NCBI GenBank assembly: GCA_046290225.1
Contig: JBKAGE010000038.1
Span: forward strand, 96,001 to 160,000
DNA: 64,000 nucleotides
From: Bradymonadia bacterium
Lineage (GTDB): Bacteria > Myxococcota_A > Bradymonadia > UBA7976 > UBA1532
Direction: 5' to 3'
This document shows, piece by piece, positions 9,767 through 18,923 of this stretch. The translations under genes were made by a program, and so were the position numbers. How positions within the stretch are numbered: the stretch's first letter is position 1; each line of letters opens with the position of its first letter. Below the pieces are notes generated by a model. That model was not told where the DNA came from. It ran no database searches and worked only from the letters and a program-made list of their open reading frames with translations.

Positions 9767-10171
9767 TTGGGCCCTCGTCTCAAATCCACCTTCTTCGTAT
9801 TCGTCTGCAGCGCGCCGGGCCTCCTGGCCTTGTGGGTGCTCATGCTGCCCCTCTGCGACGCCATTTTTCAGTGCGGATGTGACTGGGCCTGGTCCTGGAG
9901 CGAAGGGATCGCCCACTGCAACATTCACGATCCCTCCACACATGATTGCCCCTGGTGTTCTGGCGGTCCCTGGCGACAGTTGACGGTGCTGGGCAGCTTC
10001 TCGCTGTTGATCATGCTCACCGTCGCTTGGAGCCGTCGTGTGGTGCCAGGATGGGCGACTCCGCTGGTCGGTGTAGTGGCCGTGGCGCCGGCGAGCTTCC
10101 TCATCGGCCTCGTCACCTCACTGGTCACCGGCTACCCGTTCTTCGGGCGTCTGCTCTTCGGTGGGCCCTGA
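9767..10171 (+). CDS. Small membrane protein with Cys/His-rich loop
   Basis: Hydrophobic segments flanking LCDAIFQCGCDW..HCNIH..HDCPWC; start uncertain. Confidence 0.7.
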   Translation: MGPRLKSTFFVFVCSAPGLLALWVLMLPLCDAIFQCGCDWAWSWSEGIAHCNIHDPSTHDCPWCSGGPWRQLTVLGSFSLLIMLTVAWSRRVVPGWATPLVGVVAVAPASFLIGLVTSLVTGYPFFGRLLFGGP

Positions 10172-10175
10172 GCGC

Positions 10176-10919
10176 TCAGGCGGTGAGGGCGGCGGAGAAC
10201 AAAATCCCTGCAGCGACGGCGACGTTCAACGACTCGATCTGCCCTGTGCCCGGGATGGAGATCATCTGATCGCATTGGGCCTTCACGGCACGGGAGAGCC
10301 CCCTGCCCTCGTGACCCATCACCAGGCATACAGGCTTGGGCACGGCGGCGCCGGGCACCTTCATGGTGGCCCGAGCGTCGGCGCCGAAGATGCGCACCCC
10401 ATGATCTTTGATCTGCGCGAGGGCCCCAGGCAGATCGGTGGTGAGGGCGCAGGGCACCGTCTCTGCCCCACCTTGAGCGATCCTCAGCGCTGCGCTGGGC
10501 AGCGTCTTGCGCTCCGTCGCGTCGGCGATGAGCAGGCCACCGGCACCGAACCATGCGGCGCTCCGCAGGATGGCGCCGATGTTGTGGGGGTTGTCCACCC
10601 CGTCGAGGGCCATGATCACCCCGCTGGGCCCCATGGCCTGCACCAATGCCGGCAGATCCACGGGCTTCAGTGGCGTGGTCACCACCACCACACCTTCGTG
10701 ATGTTGGGTTCGGGCGATGCGGGCGAGCTCTTCGTCACCCACCTCTCGATATGGACGCCTTTGAGCGGCTGTGGCCTTGAGCAGCGCCCCCACGGCCTTG
10801 CGGCGCCCCTGAGTGTAGAACGCCCGCAGAATACTCTCGGGGCGATGCACAGCCACGGCGAGGGCGGCATTCACACCATAGACCACCTGCTCTCGGCCTC
10901 CTGAGCGACGATCAGACAT
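10176..10919 (-). CDS. TrmH/SpoU-family RNA 2'-O-methyltransferase
   Basis: VYGVNA, HHEGVV, LDGVDNPHNIGAILRS, VMGHEGRGL, IESLNVAVA. Confidence 0.93.
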   Translation of the reverse strand: MSDRRSGGREQVVYGVNAALAVAVHRPESILRAFYTQGRRKAVGALLKATAAQRRPYREVGDEELARIARTQHHEGVVVVTTPLKPVDLPALVQAMGPSGVIMALDGVDNPHNIGAILRSAAWFGAGGLLIADATERKTLPSAALRIAQGGAETVPCALTTDLPGALAQIKDHGVRIFGADARATMKVPGAAVPKPVCLVMGHEGRGLSRAVKAQCDQMISIPGTGQIESLNVAVAAGILFSAALTA

Positions 10920-12417
10920 CGGCCCCCCCCTCGATGAAGGCCCGGAGATCTTCTCCGAGACGCGTGAGAGAGCCCGGATGCAGGTACATCATGTGTCCCG
11001 CGGGGTACCATGTGCGCTCGATCCGCTCTGCGGCCCCAGGGAGCATGGCCACCTGATCGAGGGTGTACTCCGAGGCGAAGAAGGGCGTCGCCAGATCGTA
11101 GAGCCCGTTCGCCGCCAGCAAGCGCAGATGCGGCTGAGCGGCCATGACCTCTACGAGGGCTCCGGTGAGGTTGATGCCGCCTGCATACCAGGCCTTGCCG
11201 TGGCTCCACCCCTCGTTCGCTTCGGGGCTGAAGATGTTGTACGGGTGGTCGTGGAGCACTTCGAGGGTGTGGCGCAGGTGATGATTCACCGCGGCGGTGA
11301 AAGGCCCCATGGGACCCTCGATGCTCGGATCCTGCTCGGTGCGGCTCAAAGCAGGGTCGATGAGCGGGGCGCGGTAGCGAGAGTCCATCCGACCCACCAC
11401 CTCGGCGTCCGACTCCAACAACAATGTCATGAAGCGAGCGTCGTCGATGCGCAGCCGGTGCCTGATCCAGGTCGAGGCCGGGACCCCGGTGTAGGCCTCC
11501 AGAGTGGCGGCGAGGGTCTCCCGCTCCATGGGCTCCATGGCGCCGCCACGCATGAGGGCGCTGGCGTAAGTGTCACGGGCGAAGCCCCTCACCTCTTCGA
11601 GGAAGGCTTCGAGACCCTCTTCGTCGGGGCCTCGGTCCAGCTTGCCGTGGTACCAGGCCGTGGCGGCGTAGGTGGGCAGGAACAACACGTTGGACAACAC
11701 CCGGCCCGGTTCGAAAGTGAAGGTGCCGAAGTCTACAGCGAGGCTGATCAGGATCACGCCGTTCAGGGGCAGGCCCTTGTCGTGCAGATTCTTCGCCAGA
11801 GCCGCAGCCCGAGTGGTGCCGTAGCTCTCACCGGCGATGTACCTTGGGCTGTTCCAGCGATGATGCGTGCTCAACCACCGCTCGATGAACTGCGCCACCG
11901 ACTCCGCGTCGGTCTCCACCGCGTGATACGCCTTGGCGTCGCCTTCTCCCACAGGACGGCTGAAGCCCGTGCTCATCGGATCGATGAAGACCAGATCAGT
12001 CACGGGCAGCAAACCATCAGGGTTGTCGACGATTTTGTAGGGTGGCGGCAGCGGCACTTCGGCATCGGGCACGTCGACGCGCTTGGGCCCCAGGGCCCCC
12101 ATGTGCAGCCACACCGCGGACGATCCGGGGCCGCCATTGAAGATGAACGTCACCGGTCGCGGCGCAGCAGGATCTTCTGGCTCCACCACATACGACACCG
12201 AGAAGATGGCCGCCTCCGGCGCATCGCTGTCGGTGGCGGACTCGCCCTTCGGCCGTTTGATGGGCCCCTTCAGATGGATCGTGCTCGCCGTAGCGGTGTA
12301 GGCCAGGGCGCTTTGACCAGGGCGCTGCATCCGATGCTCGGTGGTGACGCTGAAGACGGGGGGAATCGACTTCTTGGTCTCGGTGCTGTCGGCGCTGGAG
12401 TCGGCAGTCTTGCTCAT
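10912..12417 (-). CDS. Peptidase S10 (serine carboxypeptidase)
   Basis: FNGGPGSS, DLVFIDP..TGFS, GESYG nucleophile, GLYDLATP, YPAGHMMY. Start moved to ATG 12417 after GAGGTGA. Confidence 0.93.
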   Translation of the reverse strand: MSKTADSSADSTETKKSIPPVFSVTTEHRMQRPGQSALAYTATASTIHLKGPIKRPKGESATDSDAPEAAIFSVSYVVEPEDPAAPRPVTFIFNGGPGSSAVWLHMGALGPKRVDVPDAEVPLPPPYKIVDNPDGLLPVTDLVFIDPMSTGFSRPVGEGDAKAYHAVETDAESVAQFIERWLSTHHRWNSPRYIAGESYGTTRAAALAKNLHDKGLPLNGVILISLAVDFGTFTFEPGRVLSNVLFLPTYAATAWYHGKLDRGPDEEGLEAFLEEVRGFARDTYASALMRGGAMEPMERETLAATLEAYTGVPASTWIRHRLRIDDARFMTLLLESDAEVVGRMDSRYRAPLIDPALSRTEQDPSIEGPMGPFTAAVNHHLRHTLEVLHDHPYNIFSPEANEGWSHGKAWYAGGINLTGALVEVMAAQPHLRLLAANGLYDLATPFFASEYTLDQVAMLPGAAERIERTWYPAGHMMYLHPGSLTRLGEDLRAFIEGGADV

Positions 12418-12818
12418 TGGGATCACCTCATGTGCGTGGAATTTTCGGGGAAGATGGCACGGGCCCCCCATCGAGGCAACGCTCATACTGCTCTGGTGCC
12501 TCTCCAAACCACCTCATCTTCAGGCCTTTTCGAAAATCCGCACCGCCCGTGTGACACCTCGGCCCGCGATGGTCTCAACACCATCGACCCCCGAGCTCGG
12601 TCGGTGAGGGGGTCCGCTCACCTCTCGGCGCGCCACTCCCAGCGCACCGGGAGGACAGGGGGCGCAGCTCACGCCCACCCTGCGCATACAGGGGGAGCCT
12701 CCTGATCTCGGGGCGGCCTGGTTCTCGCTTCCCAGGCCGCCCCACCCATCCTCTCTCAATGTATTTTCGAGATGGTGTTACCTTCTCTGGGCCTACCAAT
12801 GGCCACATGGGAGCGTTC

Positions 12819-13436
12819 ATGGATCTGCTCGATCTCTTCTCCACCCCGATCCTCGTGCAGCGACTCCCGGACATGGCACATCTCAATGTGAACTGCTTGA
12901 GCTGGATCAACGCTCGCCGAGCTGCCGATCCTGAGGGCATTCACAGGGCCAACGCGGGGGGAGGCTGGCACTCGACACCTGATCTCGCCCTGCGCCGTAC
13001 GGAGCCGTGCGGCCTGCTCCTCGATCACCTCGTAGCGGCGAGCCGGGAAGCCCTCGGCGCGCACTACCAGAGGATCACACCGGAGATGCCTCTCCTGGAG
13101 CTCGGCGTTCAGGCGTGGGCCATGGTCTTGGAGAAAGGGGGCTATGTGGTGCCCCACGATCATGTCGGGGGGCATTGGTCCGGGGTGTACTATGTCGACT
13201 CTGGAGACGCGGACTCAGGCGGTATGTTGAGCTTTCTGAGTCCGGTGACGGGTGCGCACAACGCGCCAGGGCTGCCGCCAGTGCCCACTGACTTCACCCT
13301 CACACCGGAGACGGGCATGCTCGTGCTCTTTCCGGCGTGGTTGAAGCACTGCGTGCACCCCTACCAGGGCGCTCGACCACGTGTTGCGGTGTCGTTCAAT
13401 CTCTCTCTCCGCACCCGACCACGCCCTGCGGGGTGA
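12819..13436 (+). CDS. Putative 2OG-Fe(II) oxygenase (TIGR02466-like)
   Basis: LFSTPI, GGWHS, PHDH..WSGVYYV, GMLVLFPAWLKHCV, RVAVSFN. Start at ATG 12819 after GGGAG. Confidence 0.85.
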   Translation: MDLLDLFSTPILVQRLPDMAHLNVNCLSWINARRAADPEGIHRANAGGGWHSTPDLALRRTEPCGLLLDHLVAASREALGAHYQRITPEMPLLELGVQAWAMVLEKGGYVVPHDHVGGHWSGVYYVDSGDADSGGMLSFLSPVTGAHNAPGLPPVPTDFTLTPETGMLVLFPAWLKHCVHPYQGARPRVAVSFNLSLRTRPRPAG

Positions 13437-13623
13437 TCTGAGTTCTCAAAACGTCTCACGCATTCAGAACGTTTTAGAACACCTTCTCCGCAATCGGTCC
13501 CCCTGACAAGCCCACGGCAGCCTCGACAGATGCCCAGGGGCCCTCTTTATCAAGCCGCCGTCAAACCAGACATGGAACTTGCACAGAGAGCGATGAGATC
13601 ATCTCCTCCTCGGTGAAGTCCCC

Positions 13624-15483
13624 ATGTCGAGTGCATACATCTACCCCCTGTCTCTGGCGGCCATCTCTGTCTTCGTCGCCATCTTGGAGTGGCGCTGGCC
13701 CAAGCGGCGTCAGCAGCAGCTACGCCCCGATCTGCTCTCCGACTTCATGCACCTCGTCTTCAACGGGCACTTCCTCGGGGTGATCCTCTTCGGGGTGGCC
13801 ACCCACTGGATCCTGCCTCATGTGGACATGTGGCTCGCCGGAGCTGGTCTCACTGAGACGCTGTACCGAAACGCCGCAAGCCAGTGGCCTGTGTGGGTAC
13901 AGATCGCCGTGTGCCTAGTGGTGGTGGACTTCGCCCAGTGGTGCGTTCACAACCTGCTGCATCGTGTGAGTTTTTTCTGGGGGTTCCACAAAACGCACCA
14001 CTCGGTGAAGAACGGCGAGATGGACTGGATCGTGTCGTTTCGGTTCCAGTGGACAGAGGTGGTCGTCTACAAAACCATCCTCTATCTGCCCCTGGCTTTC
14101 TTTGGCTTTGGCGAAGTCGCTGTCTTGACCCACGCCATCTTCGGCACCCTCATCGGGCACCTGAACCACGCCAACCTCGATCTCGACTACGGCCCCCTGC
14201 GGTATGTGCTCAACAACCCCAACATGCACATCTGGCATCACGACTACGAAGGCGACGCGCGCACCACAGTGAACTTCGGCATCATTTTCTCCACCTGGGA
14301 CTATCTGTTCCGTACGGCGAAGGTGCCTGATCACGATCCACCGCGCATCGGCTTCCCCGGGGTGGAGACTTACCCACGCAACTTCCTCGCCCAGATGGGC
14401 TGGCCGTTGAGCCAGTTCACTCAGGGCAGCGGTCACTTCGCCGCCGGCGCCCTCGGCATCGGTCTCATCGCTGGAGGGTGGCTGCTTCAAAAAGGCCCCA
14501 CGCACGCGCAGCACACCCCGATGTTCGGGGAGACGGCGGCGACCTCCCAACCTGCTGGGACGGGCGCAACACCAGGGCCTGGATCATTTGGCCAGAACGA
14601 AGCAGAGCGTACAGCGGCCCTCGCCGCCTTTGGGACCGAGGCTGCCGCCGCGGGGTTTCATGATCCGCAATCGATGGTGAGCGTGAAGGAGCTGGCCCGG
14701 GCGTTGGGGCACCCTCGACTGGTGTTGCTGGACGTGCGCCCGAAAGCACGCTTCGAGATGGGGCATATCCCCCTGGCGCAGCAAATCTACCGTGGCGACT
14801 ACTCGACCAGCGATGAGGTACCAGGCCTGTCCATGTCCTTCGATGCGTTGAGGCGCATGCTCAGTACCCTCGGGGTCCGCTCGGACTCGGTGGTGGTCGC
14901 CTATACCGACGGCGGCCCCGAAGCTTATCGGCTCTGGTGGACCCTCAAGCAGGTCACGGGTCTCTCGATCCGCGTACTCGATGGAGGTCTTCAGCAATGG
15001 AAGGCTCATGGCTTCGGCCTCGCCGAGGGCCGTGGGCTCGGCGTGAAGTCACACGATCTCGCCTTGGAGGCCCCTGCTCGACCACATCGCCCCAGCTGGG
15101 CAGCCATCGACGCCTTCCTGAAACGTCACGAGGACGCCGTCCTCATCGATACGCGCTCCAAGGCGGAGTTCGACGGTGAGAAGCACCACAAGAAAGCGGC
15201 TCGCCCCGGCCATATTCCTGGGGCGAGGTACATGCCGTGGTACGCCATCGTGCGAGACACAGAGACTGACTACCGCCTGAGCGTGCCAGGTGATCTCGCC
15301 CGGCGCTTTGAGGCGCTCGGGGTGACCCCGAAGGCCCCGGTGGTGACCTATTGTCAGTCGGGTACCCGCTCTGCAGGGGTGTACTATGCCCTCCATCAGC
15401 TGGGCTGGCCTCCGGATCGGCTGATGAACTACGACGGCTCCTGGGCCGAATACAGTCGTATGACAGACATGCCGGTGGAGTGA
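13624..15483 (+). CDS. Sterol desaturase/fatty-acid hydroxylase fused to tandem rhodanese (sulfurtransferase) domains
   Basis: His boxes HNLLH, HKTHHS, HLNHAN, HIWHH; then LLDVRP..GHIP, VLDGG, GHIPGA, YCQSGTR active loop, YDGSWAEY. Confidence 0.9.
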   Translation: MSSAYIYPLSLAAISVFVAILEWRWPKRRQQQLRPDLLSDFMHLVFNGHFLGVILFGVATHWILPHVDMWLAGAGLTETLYRNAASQWPVWVQIAVCLVVVDFAQWCVHNLLHRVSFFWGFHKTHHSVKNGEMDWIVSFRFQWTEVVVYKTILYLPLAFFGFGEVAVLTHAIFGTLIGHLNHANLDLDYGPLRYVLNNPNMHIWHHDYEGDARTTVNFGIIFSTWDYLFRTAKVPDHDPPRIGFPGVETYPRNFLAQMGWPLSQFTQGSGHFAAGALGIGLIAGGWLLQKGPTHAQHTPMFGETAATSQPAGTGATPGPGSFGQNEAERTAALAAFGTEAAAAGFHDPQSMVSVKELARALGHPRLVLLDVRPKARFEMGHIPLAQQIYRGDYSTSDEVPGLSMSFDALRRMLSTLGVRSDSVVVAYTDGGPEAYRLWWTLKQVTGLSIRVLDGGLQQWKAHGFGLAEGRGLGVKSHDLALEAPARPHRPSWAAIDAFLKRHEDAVLIDTRSKAEFDGEKHHKKAARPGHIPGARYMPWYAIVRDTETDYRLSVPGDLARRFEALGVTPKAPVVTYCQSGTRSAGVYYALHQLGWPPDRLMNYDGSWAEYSRMTDMPVE

Positions 15484-15484
15484 G

Positions 15485-16549
15485 ATGAGCGCTCAGCTTC
15501 ACCGACTCGCACTCGCGACGATGGCACTTGTCTGCCTTGCCTCAGCGTGCATGGCACCCGAAAGCATCTCCAACTCCGACTCGAGCACGGTACGAGGTGT
15601 CGCTCTGGGCCTCTTTGCCACAGATCCCGAGTTCGATTATGGAGACCTCGTCGATGAGATCGCCGCTCGAGGCGCCACGGAGGTACTGGTGGTGATCAAC
15701 GGGCACCAGAGCGATCTACACACTGCAGATGTCGCCCTGACGTATGGGCCCTCAGTCTCTACCATCGAGCGCACCTTCTCCCAGATCCGTCGTCACGGCA
15801 TGGGCATCACCGTGATGCCCACAGTACAGCTCCTTCGACGCTCCCCTGGGGTATGGCGAGGGCGCATCTCACCCCGTCAGGGGCCCAACGCCTGGTTCTC
15901 GGCCTATCGCCGCTTCATGCTCCCTCTCGCCCGCATGGCCTCGACGGCTGGGGCAGATCGCTTCATCGTCGGCAGCGAGCTGGTGAGTCTCACTGTGTAT
16001 GAGGCATCGTGGCGTGCCCTCATCAGCGAGCTGCGGACCATCTTTCCGGGGCGACTGACCTATTCGGCAAACTGGGATCACTACACTCAAGTGCCCTTCT
16101 GGGACGCCCTCGACGAGATCGGCGTCACCGGGTACTTCCCCCTCGTCGAATCGGGAGAGGCGATCCCAAGAGGCATCGCGGCGTGGCGCCCTCATCGAGA
16201 TGCGCTGAGCCACTTCGCGACACACCACGGCAAGCCCCTGCTCATCACCGAGCTGGGGTACGCGTCCACCCTTGGCGCGGCACAGTCTCCCTGGCAGGGC
16301 GGCGGCACCACCCCTTCTCGCGACGCGCTGCAGCTCCAAGCGGATCTCCTGACCCAGTTCTGTGATGCCTTCACCGCCCCCGACGCCAAGGCCATCGGCG
16401 GGTTCTTCTTCTGGAACTGGTTCGGGGTGGGCGGCCCTCGCGACCCGGGCTTCACCCCAAGAGGCAAGCCCGCAGCTCAGGCCGTGGAGCGCTGCCTGCG
16501 CAGCGCCCGATGGCCCAAACCCAAACCCGACGCAGTGGCAGCTCGATGA
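15485..16549 (+). CDS. Secreted glycoside hydrolase, GH113/GTA TIM-barrel-like, probable lipoprotein
   Basis: ASAC lipobox-like; WRGRI, IVGSEL, LTYSANWD, FWDALD.IG..GYFPL, LLITELGY, FFWNW. Confidence 0.8.
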   Translation: MSAQLHRLALATMALVCLASACMAPESISNSDSSTVRGVALGLFATDPEFDYGDLVDEIAARGATEVLVVINGHQSDLHTADVALTYGPSVSTIERTFSQIRRHGMGITVMPTVQLLRRSPGVWRGRISPRQGPNAWFSAYRRFMLPLARMASTAGADRFIVGSELVSLTVYEASWRALISELRTIFPGRLTYSANWDHYTQVPFWDALDEIGVTGYFPLVESGEAIPRGIAAWRPHRDALSHFATHHGKPLLITELGYASTLGAAQSPWQGGGTTPSRDALQLQADLLTQFCDAFTAPDAKAIGGFFFWNWFGVGGPRDPGFTPRGKPAAQAVERCLRSARWPKPKPDAVAAR

Positions 16550-18228
16550 GCGACGTACCCACCCAACCATCTCACGAGGACACGCTGACGATGTCTGATC
16601 GACCCCACGTGAACCGCCGTCGCTTCATCAGCGGCGCCCTCGCCAGTGCCGGCCTGGTGGCTTCGGGCTGTCAGAGAGATCGCCCTCAGGGCAGAAGCAC
16701 GCCCACGCCTGGAGAGACCCCCGTGGCTCCCCCCCTGGTGTCGCCGCCGGCCAACCCCTCCCCAGGTGTGCCCTCGATGCCTTCTCTCCCTGAAGGCCTC
16801 GACCCATCACTGTTTCACATGCACACCCGTCGCCCCCTCACCTTGGAGGCGAAGCGCTCGAGCATGGGCCAGAGCCCCATCACCCCGCTGTCTCGCTTCT
16901 TCGTGCGCAACAACCTGCCCATGCCCGACGCCAGCATCACGGCCCGACCTGATCTCTGGGCCCTCGAGATCCTCGGCGTGGTTCAGCCGAACACGCTGAA
17001 CGTAGGCCAGCTCAAGCAGCTGCCTGCTCAAACCATCACCACAGTGCTGCAATGCTCTGGGAACGGCCGCAAGTACTATGAGCACGGCCCCTCGGGCTCT
17101 CAATGGGGTACGGGCGCCGCCGGCTGCGCCATGTGGACAGGGGTGTCTGTGGCCACGGTCGTACAGGCCCTTGGTGGCGCGCTCGATGACACACGCTTCA
17201 TGACCAGCACCGGCGGCGAGGTGCTCCCCGAGGGCATCGATCCGCTCACCGCCATCGTCGAACGCTCCATCCCAAAGGAGAAAGGCCTGCAGGACTGCCT
17301 GCTCGCCTGGGAGATGAATGGTCAGCCAATCCCCATCACCCATGGGGGCCCCCTGCGACTCATCGTGCCCGGTTACTATGGCTGCAACCAGATCAAGTAC
17401 ATCAAGCGCCTCGCCTTCACCGCCGAGCAGACCCGCTCGAAGATCCAATCTTCGGGGTACCGCCTTCGGCGCATCGGCGCAAAAGGCAACCCCAGCCAGC
17501 CCTCGATGTGGCAGATGAACGTCAAGTCGTGGATCAACGGCCCCGGCGCTGACGATGCCCCGGTACTCGCTGGCCCGGTGCAGCTTCACGGCGTGGCGTT
17601 TGCCGGGGGCACACCGATCGAGACGGTGGAGATCACCCTCGACGGCGGCCAAACATGGCAGCCCGCGCGGTTCACCGGACCTGATTTGGGGCCCTACGCA
17701 TGGCGCACCTTCGCCTTCGAGACCCAGCTGCAGCCCGGCGAGCACGTCATCGCCTCTCGGGCCACCGACGCCGAGGGCAACCAGCAACCTCGACGCCGAC
17801 TCGAGAACGAGCGCGGCTACGGCAACAACGCCTGGGGCGATCTCGCCTTGAAGGTGAAGGTGGTGAAGACATTGCCAAAGCCTGTCCCTGAGCCCACCCC
17901 GTCGAAGGCACCTCCAACCGCAAAGGGCCACAACAGCTCACCATCTTCGTCAGGGAAGAAGGCGAAGCTTTCCGCTCAAGGTGAGCGCGGCAAAGTGCTC
18001 TTCACCCAGACCGCTCAGCCCTCATGCTCAGTGTGCCACAGCCTCGCAGACGCTGGCTCGAAGGGGGCGGTCGGCCCCGACCTGAACGACCTCGCCCCGG
18101 ACGCGCAGCGGGTGGTCCAGGCTGTGACCCATGGTGTAGGCACCATGCCCGCTTTCAAGGGCAACCTCTCGCCCGACCAGATTAAAGATCTGGCGCAATA
18201 CATCGTCGAAGCCACGAGCACCCCCTGA
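16546..18228 (+). CDS. Tat-exported sulfite oxidase-family molybdoenzyme (SorT/SorA-like) fused to C-terminal monoheme cytochrome c (SorU-like)
   Basis: NRRRFI Tat motif, FFVRNN, LQCSGNGR (Mo-ligand Cys), HGGPLRLIVPGYYG, SRATD dimerisation domain; then CSVCH..GAVGPDL..GVGTMP. ATGA overlap with upstream stop. Confidence 0.9.
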   Translation: MSDVPTQPSHEDTLTMSDRPHVNRRRFISGALASAGLVASGCQRDRPQGRSTPTPGETPVAPPLVSPPANPSPGVPSMPSLPEGLDPSLFHMHTRRPLTLEAKRSSMGQSPITPLSRFFVRNNLPMPDASITARPDLWALEILGVVQPNTLNVGQLKQLPAQTITTVLQCSGNGRKYYEHGPSGSQWGTGAAGCAMWTGVSVATVVQALGGALDDTRFMTSTGGEVLPEGIDPLTAIVERSIPKEKGLQDCLLAWEMNGQPIPITHGGPLRLIVPGYYGCNQIKYIKRLAFTAEQTRSKIQSSGYRLRRIGAKGNPSQPSMWQMNVKSWINGPGADDAPVLAGPVQLHGVAFAGGTPIETVEITLDGGQTWQPARFTGPDLGPYAWRTFAFETQLQPGEHVIASRATDAEGNQQPRRRLENERGYGNNAWGDLALKVKVVKTLPKPVPEPTPSKAPPTAKGHNSSPSSSGKKAKLSAQGERGKVLFTQTAQPSCSVCHSLADAGSKGAVGPDLNDLAPDAQRVVQAVTHGVGTMPAFKGNLSPDQIKDLAQYIVEATSTP

Positions 18229-18342
18229 GGGATCATATTTCATCGCGTTCTGGGACACGGGCCGTTGAAGCGAGCCCCAGGTCAACTCGACGACCACCGC
18301 ATGATATAGACTCTCTCTACACCCATCGGAGAAGCCACGATC

Positions 18343-18918
18343 ATGCGCACGCTTGCTCTGCTCACTTTCCTCTCGCTCACGCTGTTCTCAGAGATTGCTC
18401 TGGCCAAAGAGCCGGGCAACGAGGCCATCAAGGCCGACTGGGAAGCCCTCCTCGCCACCCAGTGCGATCTCACCGCTCGCAACGTGCGCACCCCATTCGC
18501 CGCGTCGGTCCTGCGCAATACGCCCTATGCCCTGGCGGGATACACCTTCAAGAGTGAGGGGTTGCGTGCGCTCTTCGCCGCCGACGGCAGCTGGTACACC
18601 CCCAAGGGCAAGATCAAACCGAAGTTCACCGCCGAGGTGAAGGCCTGCATCGACAAGATCAGGGCCTTCGAAGCTGAACAGGGCTTCAAGAGCAGCAGCT
18701 GGAAGACGCTCAAAGAGCGGGTCTTCAAAGATCGCCTCACCTATCTTGAGATCCGCGGCCACAGCCTCATCATGAAGGGCGGGCCCTCGACGACCTCGGC
18801 CATGGGGCCCGACATGGACGTGCGGTGCCCCACCTGCGAAGGGCTCAGGGTGTTCCAGCTTCACTGTGACGATCGCGAGTGCCTGGTCCTGGTGCCCGGC
18901 ACCGGGATGGCCCCCTGA
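18343..18918 (+). CDS. Secreted protein with YARHG-like domain
   Basis: Signal peptide; LRNTPYALAGYTFKSEGLRALF...WY resembles the YARHG core (LRNEIYARHG..F....L..YF...WY). Confidence 0.6.
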   Translation: MRTLALLTFLSLTLFSEIALAKEPGNEAIKADWEALLATQCDLTARNVRTPFAASVLRNTPYALAGYTFKSEGLRALFAADGSWYTPKGKIKPKFTAEVKACIDKIRAFEAEQGFKSSSWKTLKERVFKDRLTYLEIRGHSLIMKGGPSTTSAMGPDMDVRCPTCEGLRVFQLHCDDRECLVLVPGTGMAP

Positions 18919-18923
18919 TCAGC

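Noticed and set aside
10978..12705. Long antisense ORFs (also 7590-8894, 23043-24281, 24540-25847, 33676-35025, 41018-42238, 45378-46697, 50476-52482, 53109-54461, 54619-56154)
   Set aside because: Shadow frames of well-supported genes, expected in high-GC DNA.
13568..13583. Sigma-54 promoter AGACATGGAACTTGCA for the sulfur operon
   Set aside because: The -12 element and spacing fit, but the invariant -24 GG is GA.
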